Position numbers and translations under genes: made by a program. A DNA stretch of 44,349 nucleotides from an uncultured Eubacteriales bacterium (GTDB lineage: Bacteria > Bacillota > Sulfobacillia > Fermentithermobacillales > Fermentithermobacillaceae). Positions 1-12,625 of this stretch are shown here, in pieces. Within the stretch, counting starts at the first letter, position 1; the number at the start of each line of letters is the position of its first letter. The notes under the pieces are model-generated. The model worked only from the letters and a program-made list of their open reading frames with translations. It searched no databases and was not told the origin of the DNA. The stretch is from the NCBI GenBank assembly GCA_964565305.1, contig CAZMEF010000001.1, forward strand, positions 363-44,711, given 5' to 3'.

Positions 1-61
1 TATATTCCCATACCTCGTTGAGGTCGTTTAGAGCCTCAGGAGAATAACGAAGCTTATGCAT
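1..61 (-). CDS. ParE/RelE-family type II toxin, N-terminal 20 codons only (rest lies left of the window)
   Basis: Reverse-strand ATG at 61..59 overlaps the antitoxin stop (ATGCATAA). It reads MHKLRYSPEALNDLNEVWEY, a typical ParE/RelE toxin N-terminus, and sits directly downstream of a Phd/YefM antitoxin. Confidence 0.55.
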   Translation of the reverse strand, partial: MHKLRYSPEALNDLNEVWEY

Positions 62-317
62 CTTCTTTTTCCTTGAAGCGCGATTTCATGTCCTCGTGAG
101 AAAGCCATCCCTTTTCCTCTCCTGACTTGCGGCCTTTGTTAAGCTCGCCAAGCAGTTTGATCGTTGCTTGTGTCTTTTCGTAATCAGTAATATCGATCAG
201 TGCGTATCGTCCCCTGCCGTTCTTAGTTAAGAACACAGGCTCACCGGCGGAGACATCGCGCAAAACCTCGTTGTAATTGCGTAAATCCGATACTGGCTTG
301 ATATTTGGCATAAACAA
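54..317 (-). CDS. Phd/YefM-family type II antitoxin
   Basis: 87-aa ORF. The N-terminus MPNIKPVSDLRNYNEVLRDVSAGEPVFLTKNGRGRYALIDITDYE is the classic Phd/YefM fold signature. The C-tail is acidic/basic. There is an 8-nt overlap with the downstream toxin start. Confidence 0.8.
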   Translation of the reverse strand: MFMPNIKPVSDLRNYNEVLRDVSAGEPVFLTKNGRGRYALIDITDYEKTQATIKLLGELNKGRKSGEEKGWLSHEDMKSRFKEKEDA

Positions 318-338
318 CGACCCCTTTCTGCTGTCATC

Positions 339-367
339 ATTATATGCTTATTGTTCGTAAAATCCAA
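339..367 (-). promoter_or_regulatory. Sigma-70-type promoter of the phd-parE pair
   Basis: On the minus strand: TTGGAT (362-367), a 17-nt spacer, then TATAAT (339-344). GAAAGGGG lies about 9 nt upstream of the ATG at 317. Confidence 0.5.
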
Positions 368-391
368 CAGCAAACTACGCAGCGAGAATAG

Positions 392-539
392 TGTCTCCTG
401 AAGGAGCAGCCCACCGTCATCACCGATTATTACGAGCCGCTTGTCCGGAGGCTGATTGAAAAGGTGGACCGTCAACCAATTCACCGTGGAATTCAAGTCC
501 CCCTTGGCGGGAAGCTATATATCAACAAAGCGACTTTGA
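392..539 (+). pseudogene. Remnant of the C-terminal end of a large serine recombinase (frameshifted fragment)
   Basis: One frame reads CLLKEQPTVITDYYEPLVRRLIEKV. A shifted frame continues TVNQFTVEFKSPLAGSYISTKRL then stops. Joined, they match the usual C-terminal tail of large serine recombinases (..ITEFDE.L...LI.KVTVY...F.V.FK.G..I). No upstream catalytic domain is present. Confidence 0.45.
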
Positions 540-548
540 AGGTCTGCC

Positions 549-1082
549 TCAACAGTTCCATTTACATTTTGCGGGATTTGGTTCGGCCTCTACTGCAATT
601 GCCCTTAAAGCGGCGGCATAATCTGCGCAAACTTCTTCTGCGACTGCTTCATACTCTTCGTCGTTAGCGCTAAAGCCTAAACGGTCATAGCCAACGGCGG
701 CAGCCGCATAAAAATACGTACCTAGCGAATGCGACGCAGCGTGTATGCTTCCGGTTGACTGCCCGATTGCTCTTGCGGCGGCTTGCGCAACAGGATTATT
801 GTCCAACTCACGGGCGGCGGCGTGGCATTCATTTAGAATGATATTCCTGACATACGGCAGCTTCGCCTTGCCATAGAGCCACTCGCGGGCGGCGGATATC
901 GCATGATCTGGTCGCCTGTCATTTGGGTAATGCTTCATAAAAAGCGGCAGGATCTTCCGCTCTGCATAATCAAGCGTCCAGTTGGCAACCGTTGTCTTGC
1001 TCTGCGTTTCAATAAGCCGCATAAGAGCAATGGTCGAAGGCGCATCCGCTCTGCCGCGCGTTTTTCGTAGTTTACCGCTCAT
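549..1082 (-). CDS. Imm-5-like putative immunity protein (all-alpha; often mis-annotated as SbcC fragment)
   Basis: 177-aa ORF with GGAGGT 8 nt upstream of the ATG. The Ala/His-rich helical core CHAAARELDNNPVAQAAARAIGQSTGSIHAASHSLGTYFYAAAAVGY resembles the Imm-5-like family pattern. No toxin gene is adjacent. Confidence 0.45.
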   Translation of the reverse strand: MSGKLRKTRGRADAPSTIALMRLIETQSKTTVANWTLDYAERKILPLFMKHYPNDRRPDHAISAAREWLYGKAKLPYVRNIILNECHAAARELDNNPVAQAAARAIGQSTGSIHAASHSLGTYFYAAAAVGYDRLGFSANDEEYEAVAEEVCADYAAALRAIAVEAEPNPAKCKWNC

Positions 1083-1129
1083 ATTAGATTACCTCCGAAA
1101 GCTTAGTCAAACCCTTTGGTTACAAGGCT

Positions 1130-2515
1130 TTACGCCCTCTCCAATAAGCACGCACATTCTGTATGAGGCGTCATCGGAAACATATCCACCGGTTGGCAAT
1201 ATGTCGGGCGCCAGCCGTATGTACCCAAAGTGATGAGATCCCGGGCAAGGGTGGCCGGATTGCAGGAGACGTAGACGATGTTTCGGGGGCGGGAGCGGGC
1301 GATGGCTGTTAGCGCGCCTTCCTCTGCTCCACCTCTCGGAGGGTCCAAGATAACGACCGATGGATCGCCATGACGCGAACGAGTCATTGAGGGTAACACG
1401 CGTTCGGCCCGCCCTTCTACAAACGAGACGTTCTTGATGCCGTTGATCTCCGCGTTCTTACGCGCGTCTTTCACGGCCGGAGGAACTTCTTCGATCCCCA
1501 CCGCGCGCGACGCTCTCCTTGCCGCGAAGAGAGTTATGGTCCCGATGCCCGAATAGACATCGTACACGAGGTCATCGGGGCCCAATCCGGCGGCGTCGAG
1601 CACGATGCGGTAAAGCTGAACGGCCTGCTCCGAGTTCACCTGGTAGAAGGAATGCGGGGAAACGCGAAACCGGAGACAGCCAAGCCCGTCATCCCCGAAG
1701 AGATCTTCTATGTAGGCCCGGCCTCCGATCACTCTGTTCCGTTCGCCCAAGATGATGTTGGTCCGCTCTGTATTGAAGTTCAATACCACGCTGACCAATC
1801 GGGGAAGCTTTTCGCGCAGCTCTCGCGCGAACTCCTCTTCTGTAGAGGCGCCGCCGGGAAGCCCTCGCCCGTTGATGACTAACACCGCCATGCGTTCGCC
1901 TGTACCGGGAGCAGCCCTCGCCATGACGTGCCGCACAAGCCCTCTTCCGGTCTTCTCGTCATACACCGAGAATTTTCGATGGCGAAGCATCTCGACCATC
2001 TCCCGGATAACCTCGCGCGCGGAAGGGTGCTCAAGAGGGCAATCCAAGGACGCGACCACATCGTGACTGTACGGTTTGAAAAAACCGGCTGTTATGCTGC
2101 CGCCCCGCACGGCCAGCGGGACTTCGACTTTGTTGCGGTATTCGAGGATCCGTGGAGAAGGGATGCAAGGAAGGACTTCAAGGTCGCGGACCTTTGCGAT
2201 CCGTGCGAACGCCTCCTCGACGATCTTGCGTTTCCATTCGAGTTGAAGCGGGTATTCAAGATGTTGCCATGTGCAGCCTCCGCAATCAGAGGCGACGGGG
2301 CAAGATTCTTTGATCCTGCCGGGGCCCGGCCGGACGATCTCCAGCACACGCCCTCTCAAGAATCCCTTTTTTCTCTCGATCGTCTCGTATTCGACCTTGT
2401 CGCCCGGAACGGTTCCCGCCAAAAAGACGACAAGCCCCTCATCGGGGCCTGACAGGACTCGTCCGACGCCCTCTCCCCTATGATTGAGGCCGGTCACCTG
2501 GGCGCTTGCGCTCAC
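1130..2515 (-). CDS. rlmD: 23S rRNA (uracil-C5)-methyltransferase RlmD/RumA family (TRAM + Fe-S + SAM MTase)
   Basis: 461 aa. N-terminal TRAM-like segment, Cys cluster CPVASDCGGCTWQH, SAM-binding region DVYSGIGTITL, and a C-terminal catalytic Cys region VYVSCNPATLARD. The GTG start overlaps the murB stop (GTGA). Confidence 0.85.
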   Translation of the reverse strand: MSASAQVTGLNHRGEGVGRVLSGPDEGLVVFLAGTVPGDKVEYETIERKKGFLRGRVLEIVRPGPGRIKESCPVASDCGGCTWQHLEYPLQLEWKRKIVEEAFARIAKVRDLEVLPCIPSPRILEYRNKVEVPLAVRGGSITAGFFKPYSHDVVASLDCPLEHPSAREVIREMVEMLRHRKFSVYDEKTGRGLVRHVMARAAPGTGERMAVLVINGRGLPGGASTEEEFARELREKLPRLVSVVLNFNTERTNIILGERNRVIGGRAYIEDLFGDDGLGCLRFRVSPHSFYQVNSEQAVQLYRIVLDAAGLGPDDLVYDVYSGIGTITLFAARRASRAVGIEEVPPAVKDARKNAEINGIKNVSFVEGRAERVLPSMTRSRHGDPSVVILDPPRGGAEEGALTAIARSRPRNIVYVSCNPATLARDLITLGTYGWRPTYCQPVDMFPMTPHTECACLLERA

Positions 2516-3498
2516 TTAAGTGAGACACTCGAAGAAGGGGAGCACGGATCGTGGCCTTCTACGCCGGCCGGCAGGTCGTCCTCGCCGATAATCACTATCT
2601 CCGGCTCCAACTCGACCCCGAAGGTCTCCTTGACTTTGTCGCGTATGGCAGCCATCAGCGCCAGCACATCCTTGGCGGTCGCGGTTCCCGTGTTCACGAT
2701 GAAGCCGGCGTGCCTGGTAGACACTTGAGCCCCTCCGATAGCGAACCCCTTAAGCCCGAGTTCTTCTATCATGGAGCCAACGTAATGTCCCGGCGGACGC
2801 CTGAAGGCGCTTCCGGCGGACGGCAGACCCAGCGGCTGTTTTCGCTCGCGTTCGCGGGAGCGGCTTTCCATCAGTTCGTGGATCCTAGCCGGGTCCCCCT
2901 TGGTCAGCCCCAGTTCGACTTCCAGTATCAACAGATCGTCTCGCGTCTGAAACAAAGAGTAGCGGTACGAAAACTGCAGCTCATCGGGGCCATACCAGCG
3001 GATGCCGTCGCCCAAGGTGGCCGCTCTCACTCTTCTCACAAGAGAGCCGAAGTCGCCGCCGTACGCCCCCGCGTTCATGGAGACCGCCCCGCCGACGCTG
3101 CCCGGAATGCCGGTCGCGAACTCCAGCCCCGAAAGACCGCTCGTTTGCGCTTCACGGACCAAGTCGGAAAGCAGCGTGCCTGATTTCGCGTAGAGGGAGA
3201 ATGCCCCGTTGTTCTCTATTCCGGATAGGCCTGGCGCCATTTTGATGAGGCACCCGCGCACTCCCCCGTCTCTCACAAGCAGGTTTGTCCCATTGCCGAC
3301 CACCCGGCACGGTACGGAGAGGTCCATGCACGCGTTCCAGGCCGCCACCGCGTCCTCTGCCGTTTCAGGCAGCACGAGCAGATCGCACGGTCCTCCGATT
3401 CGAAAAGAGGTATGGTTCGCCATAGGCTCGGAGAAGAACACGCGAGAACCGGTGAGGGTGCGAGCGACGTTCACGAGCCTTTCATCTTCCCCGATCAT
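2512..3498 (-). CDS. murB: UDP-N-acetylenolpyruvoylglucosamine reductase
   Basis: 328 aa. Contains the FAD-binding signature HTSFRIGGPCDLLVLP...VVGNGTNLLV and a C-terminal SAGSAFRRP...GGAQVSTRHAGFIVN. Confidence 0.9.
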   Translation of the reverse strand: MIGEDERLVNVARTLTGSRVFFSEPMANHTSFRIGGPCDLLVLPETAEDAVAAWNACMDLSVPCRVVGNGTNLLVRDGGVRGCLIKMAPGLSGIENNGAFSLYAKSGTLLSDLVREAQTSGLSGLEFATGIPGSVGGAVSMNAGAYGGDFGSLVRRVRAATLGDGIRWYGPDELQFSYRYSLFQTRDDLLILEVELGLTKGDPARIHELMESRSRERERKQPLGLPSAGSAFRRPPGHYVGSMIEELGLKGFAIGGAQVSTRHAGFIVNTGTATAKDVLALMAAIRDKVKETFGVELEPEIVIIGEDDLPAGVEGHDPCSPSSSVSLK

Positions 3499-3540
3499 CC
3501 CTAACCCCCCCGCCTACCATATACAGACTATGCCCCGGTA

Positions 3541-4992
3541 TCAGGATAGTATCTTCTGCCTGAGTATTATGTTTACCTTTCCGGGGTTCGCCTTACCCTT
3601 GCTGGCCTTCATGACCTGGCCGACAAGGAATCCCAGAGCCTTGTCTTTGCCGGACCGGTACTCATTGACCGCGTCCGGGTTGGCATTCACGACGGACTCC
3701 ACGATGGCCGACAGTTCCGCGTCATCCGATACCTGCTCCAAACCTTCCTCTTTCACGATCTGCCCCGGTGGTTTCTGGGTCTCAATCATCTTTATGAGTA
3801 TGTCCTTGGCTATCTTTCCACTGATAAGGCCCTCGCGTTGCAGTTCCATCATGGAGACCAGATTCTCAGGCGATAGGGGAATCGAATCATAGTCCAACCC
3901 CTTCGCCTTCATGTACCCCATCAGATCTCCCATCACCCAGTTGGATGTGGTCTTGGGATCGCCGCCCAGTTCCACACACCTATCGAAAAACTCAGCCAGG
4001 CTCGGATCGAGCGTCAGCACCCCGGCATCATACGGGGGCAACCCTAACTGGTTGACGTAATATTCGACCAATTGGTTCGGAAGGCGAGGAATAGATGATT
4101 TGATTTGTTCGATGTACTCCGGATCTAATTCCAGGCGAGGCAGGTCCGGGTCGGGAAAGTATCTGTAATCCTGGGCGGTTTCCTTGGAACGCATAGAGGA
4201 CGTGACGCCTTTTTCCTCATCCCAATGACGCGTTTCCCGTACGATCCTTTCGCCCCTTTCAAGGGCCGCTATCTGCCGCTCGTACTCGCAAGCGATGGCC
4301 CTCCCGACTGCCCTGAACGACGAAAGGTTCTTGATTTCGACAGGAACGCCCATCTCGGCGGCGCCATCCTCCCGAACCGACACGTTACAGTCGACCCGCA
4401 TGGACCCCTCTTCCATCCTAACGTCGGACACGCGGGCAAACTTCAGCGTTCGCTGCATTTTCTCGAGATACTCGCGAGCTTCCTCAGGCGACGATAGGTC
4501 CGGCTCGGAGACGATCTCAGCCAAAGGCACGCCCGAACGATTGAAGTCCAGGAGAGAGTACTCGGCTGTCGTTATGTCGTCGCCCGCGTGCATCGATTTA
4601 CCGGCATCCTCCTCAAGATGCAGCCTCCGTATCCGGATGCGTTTGCCGCTATCCAGATCAATGTACCCATTCTGGGCTAAAGGCTCGTCCAACTGCGTGA
4701 TCTGATACGCCTTGGGCAGATCCGGGTAGAAATAGTTCTTGCGATCAAAGCGCCCTGACAGGTTAACGTGGCAGTTGAGCGCCAAAGCCGCAACTGTGCC
4801 GAGCCTGATGGCTTCCTCGTTGGCTACGGGAAGCGAGCCCGGTAGGCCCAGGCACGCGGGGCAGACGTTGGTGTTTGGAGGGTCTCCGAATTTCGCCTCG
4901 CACCGGCAGAACATTTTTGTGGTTGTGAGGAGTTCGACGTGGACCTCCAGCCCAACCGTAAGGGCGTATTTCGGACTAGACAACAGGCTCAC
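3541..4992 (-). CDS. gatB: Asp-tRNA(Asn)/Glu-tRNA(Gln) amidotransferase subunit B
   Basis: KYALTVGLEVHVEL...KMFCRC..FG..PNTNVCPACLGLPG is the GatB signature. The track ORF extends to 5016. I placed the start at the GTG at 4992, which overlaps the gatA end; a TTG at 4983 is also possible. Confidence 0.9.
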   Translation of the reverse strand: MSLLSSPKYALTVGLEVHVELLTTTKMFCRCEAKFGDPPNTNVCPACLGLPGSLPVANEEAIRLGTVAALALNCHVNLSGRFDRKNYFYPDLPKAYQITQLDEPLAQNGYIDLDSGKRIRIRRLHLEEDAGKSMHAGDDITTAEYSLLDFNRSGVPLAEIVSEPDLSSPEEAREYLEKMQRTLKFARVSDVRMEEGSMRVDCNVSVREDGAAEMGVPVEIKNLSSFRAVGRAIACEYERQIAALERGERIVRETRHWDEEKGVTSSMRSKETAQDYRYFPDPDLPRLELDPEYIEQIKSSIPRLPNQLVEYYVNQLGLPPYDAGVLTLDPSLAEFFDRCVELGGDPKTTSNWVMGDLMGYMKAKGLDYDSIPLSPENLVSMMELQREGLISGKIAKDILIKMIETQKPPGQIVKEEGLEQVSDDAELSAIVESVVNANPDAVNEYRSGKDKALGFLVGQVMKASKGKANPGKVNIILRQKILS

Positions 4993-6484
4993 CCTCTTTC
5001 TCGGACGAAACCGCATGACGCGCCTTCATTCTGCTCCTTCGTGCCGATATCTCGTCCTTCGCCGACTGCTCGAAAGCCCATCCCACGGCGAGAATGGTGC
5101 CCTCGTCGTAAGGCTTGCCCATTATCTGCAGGCCGCAAGGCAGGTCGTCTACGAAACCGCACGGGACGGAAAGCGCGGGAATGCCCGCAAGGTTTGCCGG
5201 CACCGTGAGGACGTCGGCGGCGGACATGGCGACGGGATCATCCGCCAGAGCCCCGAGTCTGAAGGCCACCGTCGGCGTAGTCGGCGTGAGAAGTACATCG
5301 TATGAGCCGAACGCTTTCTCGAAGTCGCGACGTATCAAAGTGCGAATTCGCGCGGCCCTCAGATAATAGGCGTCGTAGAAACCGGCGGAAAGCGCAAACG
5401 TTCCCAGCAGAATGCGCGCCTGCACCTCTTTTCCGAACCCTTGGCCGCGGGTTTCTTTGTACATCTCTGTCAGGTCTGAAGATTCCGCTCGCGTGCCAAA
5501 CCTCACCCCGTCGAACCTGGCGAGATTGGATGAGGCCTCGGAAGGCGCGATTATGTAGTAGACATCCAGGCTATGCGGAGTAGCGGGAAGGGACACCTCG
5601 TCGATTACGACCCCCATATCGGCCAACCGGCCCAAAGAACGGTCAAACTCGCTCTTGATTCCGGAATTCTTGACGAGCCCCAGCATCTCGCGAGGGATGC
5701 CCGCCCGAAGGCCCTTCAAGGGCCGGCCAAGACGCCTGGCATACGGAGGCACATCCTTCCTGGAACTGGTGGAATCCATCGAATCGTGCCCGGCCATGAC
5801 CGAAAGGGCAAGAGCGCACTCCCACACGCTGTTCCCAAGCGGCCCGATCTGATCGAGAGAAGACGCGAAAGCCACAGCCCCGTACCGCGATACTCTGCCG
5901 TAGGTGGGTTTCAGCCCGCATATCCCGTTGTAACTCGCGGGCTGCCTAATGCTTCCCCCGGTGTCAGTTCCGAGGCTGAGCGGAACCATTCCTGACGCGA
6001 CGGCGCAGGCAGAGCCCCCGCTTGAGCCGCCGGGAACCCTACTCAGGTCCCACGGATTTCGCGTAGCCCCGAAAGCGGAGAGTTCGGTAGAGGAACCCAT
6101 GGCAAACTCATCGCAATTTGTCTTCCCTGTGAATACGGCCCCGGCACGCCTCAGATTGGCCACGGCCGTAGCATCGAAAGGCGACACGTACCCTTCCAGC
6201 ATCTTCGAGCCGCAAGTGCAACGCGACCCTTTGAGGTTGAGGTTATCTTTAAGCGCCAAGGGAAGTCCCGCCAGCGGGCCTGGATCTTCTCCTCGCATGA
6301 TCAATGCGTCGATTCTCGCCGCTTCCAGCCGGGCATCCGCTTCCCTAATCTCAAGGTAGGCGTGCAGTTCCGGCTCCAGTTGAGCCGTCCTTGTGAAGAA
6401 AGAATCCAGCACTTCCTGGGCAGAAACCTTCTTCTGAGCAACCATTTCCACTATGTCTTTTGCTTCCAGTTCCCAGATTTCCAC
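4976..6484 (-). CDS. gatA: Glutamyl-tRNA(Gln) amidotransferase subunit A
   Basis: Amidase signature GGSSGGSA and GTDTGGSIRQPAS. The track ORF (to 6616) carries a 44-aa Arg-rich extension that overlaps gatC. A GTG at 6484, 1 nt after the gatC stop, gives the conserved N-terminus EIWELEAKDIV. Confidence 0.9.
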   Translation of the reverse strand: MEIWELEAKDIVEMVAQKKVSAQEVLDSFFTRTAQLEPELHAYLEIREADARLEAARIDALIMRGEDPGPLAGLPLALKDNLNLKGSRCTCGSKMLEGYVSPFDATAVANLRRAGAVFTGKTNCDEFAMGSSTELSAFGATRNPWDLSRVPGGSSGGSACAVASGMVPLSLGTDTGGSIRQPASYNGICGLKPTYGRVSRYGAVAFASSLDQIGPLGNSVWECALALSVMAGHDSMDSTSSRKDVPPYARRLGRPLKGLRAGIPREMLGLVKNSGIKSEFDRSLGRLADMGVVIDEVSLPATPHSLDVYYIIAPSEASSNLARFDGVRFGTRAESSDLTEMYKETRGQGFGKEVQARILLGTFALSAGFYDAYYLRAARIRTLIRRDFEKAFGSYDVLLTPTTPTVAFRLGALADDPVAMSAADVLTVPANLAGIPALSVPCGFVDDLPCGLQIMGKPYDEGTILAVGWAFEQSAKDEISARRSRMKARHAVSSEKEGEPVV

Positions 6485-6485
6485 T

Positions 6486-6788
6486 CTAGACCATCTCCCC
6501 CGCGCCCGGTGAGCCTTCGCGCGGCACTGATACGTAAGGCCCTTGTTTGGCGGGCGCCATCTCGAGGACCTCTCCCCGCGCGAGACTGGGTCGAGGTACA
6601 TCCTGTTCCGGCTCAAGACGGACGATGTCTCCCGCCACGAAGGTGGGGGGCACGCCGGTTACGTCAACCGCCTTCAGGCGTTCGAACCGTAGTAGTATGG
6701 ACTTAAGCTCGGCTTCTATCGCCGGTGTTTCCGCAGGCAAAAGGCTCAGATGAGCCAGCTCCGCCACATGCTTCACATCGATATCCAA
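6486..6788 (-). CDS. gatC: Glutamyl-tRNA(Gln) amidotransferase subunit C
   Basis: 100 aa. IDVKHVAELAHLSL...E...L..IL..FE.L..VDV.GV is the GatC pattern. The gatC-gatA-gatB order is as expected. Confidence 0.85.
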   Translation of the reverse strand: MDIDVKHVAELAHLSLLPAETPAIEAELKSILLRFERLKAVDVTGVPPTFVAGDIVRLEPEQDVPRPSLARGEVLEMAPAKQGPYVSVPREGSPGAGEMV

Positions 6789-6792
6789 ACCG

Positions 6793-10775
<3,983 letters not shown>

Positions 10776-10909
10776 GGAAACACCGCCGCGGTAAGTTTGT
10801 AGATGACCCGATTATACCCGAAGCGCGCCCTCTCGTGCAGGAGTCCTGCTTTCAACGTAGAAATACTGTAGATTGAGTATTCTCTTCCGAAAAGAGGAAA
10901 GGGGACCGC

Positions 10910-12625
10910 ATGAGACCAGACGCGCCGGCAGTCGTCCAAAGCGACGGCACCATACTTTTGGAAGTCGGCAATCCCGACTACGAAAGCGCCCGGGATAGCC
11001 TAATGCGTTTCTCCGATCTTGTGAAAAGCCCCGAGTACATCCACACCTACAGGCTGTCTTCTTTGTCGCTGTGGAACGCCGCGTCTTGCGGAATGACGCC
11101 TCCGGAAGTCATACGATTGTTATCGGGGGTTTCGCGCTACGATCTCCCGCAAACCATTGAAGCGCTGATACGCGACACCATGGGAAAGTACGGCATCCTT
11201 TCTCTCCATCAAGAAGGGGAGGACCTGGTCCTCCGGTCCCGCGATCCGTTCGTGATGGAAGAAGTGAGGAGGTCCGACAAGACGGCGCCGCTCATCGAGC
11301 AAATCCGCGCCGACGGTTCGTTCATCGTGCGGCCCGAAGCCAGGGGGTCCATGAAGCAGGCCCTCATCAAGATGGGATATCCTTGCGAGGACCTGGCAGG
11401 TTACAAAGCGGGCGATCCGCTGGCCGTGTCATTCTCCAAAAAGAAAGAGGGGAACGGCGCGTGGTCTCTGAGACCGTACCAGAAAGCGGCATGTGACGCC
11501 TTTTGGGCCGGGGGCTCCGTCCGCGGCGGCAGCGGAGTCGTAGTGTTGCCCTGCGGGGCGGGAAAGACGATCGTAGGCATGGGCGTGATGGAAAAAGTCG
11601 GCATGCAGACCCTCATCCTGACGACCAACGTCGTGGCCTTGAGGCAATGGATCTCCGAACTGCTCGAAAAGACAGATCTTTCGCCCGACCAGGTGAAAGA
11701 GTATAGCGGCGAATGCAAAGAAATAGGTCCCGTGACGGTGTCGACGTACCAGATTCTGACGTACCGGAAAAAGGGCCGGGAACCGGAATACCCCCATTTC
11801 GAGCTTTTCGACAGGCGAAACTGGGGACTCATCATCTACGATGAAGTGCACCTTTTGCCGGCACCCGTGTTCAGAATAACGGCGGACCTACAAGCCCGCA
11901 GAAGGTTGGGCCTCACAGCGACTTTAGTTCGCGAAGACGGACGTGAGGATGAGGTCTTCAGCCTGATCGGACCCAAGAAATTCGACAAACCGTGGAAAGA
12001 GCTGGAGGAACAAAACTGGATAGCCCAGGCAAGCTGCCACGAAATACGGGTGGACCTCTCGCCTGAAGACAGATTGGAATACGCCGTGGCAGAAGAGCGG
12101 GACAAGTACCGCATAGCGGCCACAAACGAGCGGAAACTGCCTATCATAAAGAACATCTTAGACCATCACAAAGACGATCAAGTTCTGGTCATCGGCCAGT
12201 ACCTGTCCCAGTTGGAACTCATCGCCAAAGCGCTGGGAACTCCTCTTCTTTGCGGCCAAACTCCCAACTCCGAGAGAGAAGAGCTGTATTCGGGCTTCAG
12301 GGAAGGTCGGATCAAGACGCTTGTGGTTTCCAAGGTCGCCAATTTCTCCGTGGATCTGCCCGATGCCAACGTGGCCGTCCAAGTTTCGGGCACCTTTGGG
12401 TCTCGTCAGGAAGAAGCGCAGCGTCTTGGAAGGATTTTGCGGCCCAAGCCCCAAGGCGACGGAGCGACTTTCTACTCTCTTGTGACAAGGAACACCAAAG
12501 ATCAGGATTTCTCCCAAAAAAGACAACTGTTCCTCACCGAGCAGGGTTACCGATACACCATATGGGAAGGGCAAAATTACTTGAACGCGTTGTCCGAAGG
12601 AGGCGTCGCCGGTGAACCTGTATGA
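10910..12625 (+). CDS. XPB/Ssl2 (ERCC3/Rad25)-type SF2 DNA helicase/translocase
   Basis: 571 aa. XPB-type N-terminal domain of about 150 aa, Walker A LPCGAGKT, motif II YDEVHLLP, the XPB-specific RED motif in GLTATLVREDGRE, and motif VI QEEAQRLGRILR. Confidence 0.85.
   Translation: MRPDAPAVVQSDGTILLEVGNPDYESARDSLMRFSDLVKSPEYIHTYRLSSLSLWNAASCGMTPPEVIRLLSGVSRYDLPQTIEALIRDTMGKYGILSLHQEGEDLVLRSRDPFVMEEVRRSDKTAPLIEQIRADGSFIVRPEARGSMKQALIKMGYPCEDLAGYKAGDPLAVSFSKKKEGNGAWSLRPYQKAACDAFWAGGSVRGGSGVVVLPCGAGKTIVGMGVMEKVGMQTLILTTNVVALRQWISELLEKTDLSPDQVKEYSGECKEIGPVTVSTYQILTYRKKGREPEYPHFELFDRRNWGLIIYDEVHLLPAPVFRITADLQARRRLGLTATLVREDGREDEVFSLIGPKKFDKPWKELEEQNWIAQASCHEIRVDLSPEDRLEYAVAEERDKYRIAATNERKLPIIKNILDHHKDDQVLVIGQYLSQLELIAKALGTPLLCGQTPNSEREELYSGFREGRIKTLVVSKVANFSVDLPDANVAVQVSGTFGSRQEEAQRLGRILRPKPQGDGATFYSLVTRNTKDQDFSQKRQLFLTEQGYRYTIWEGQNYLNALSEGGVAGEPV

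Noticed and set aside
227-496. 89-aa minus-strand ORF spanning the antitoxin 5' end and the recombinase remnant
   Set aside because: It overlaps the well-supported Phd/YefM gene and its promoter, and has no ribosome-binding site or recognisable motif.
6485-6616. 44-aa N-terminal extension of gatA in the ORF track; similar extensions of pmbA (38689..38940), M42 paralogue 2 (42144..42467), Rrf2 (32058..32117), nifS (32522..32551) and DUF4321 (23451..23507)
   Set aside because: The extensions overlap the upstream genes or the promoter, are Arg-rich or unconserved, and internal starts with a good ribosome-binding site or stop-start overlaps reproduce the conserved family N-termini.
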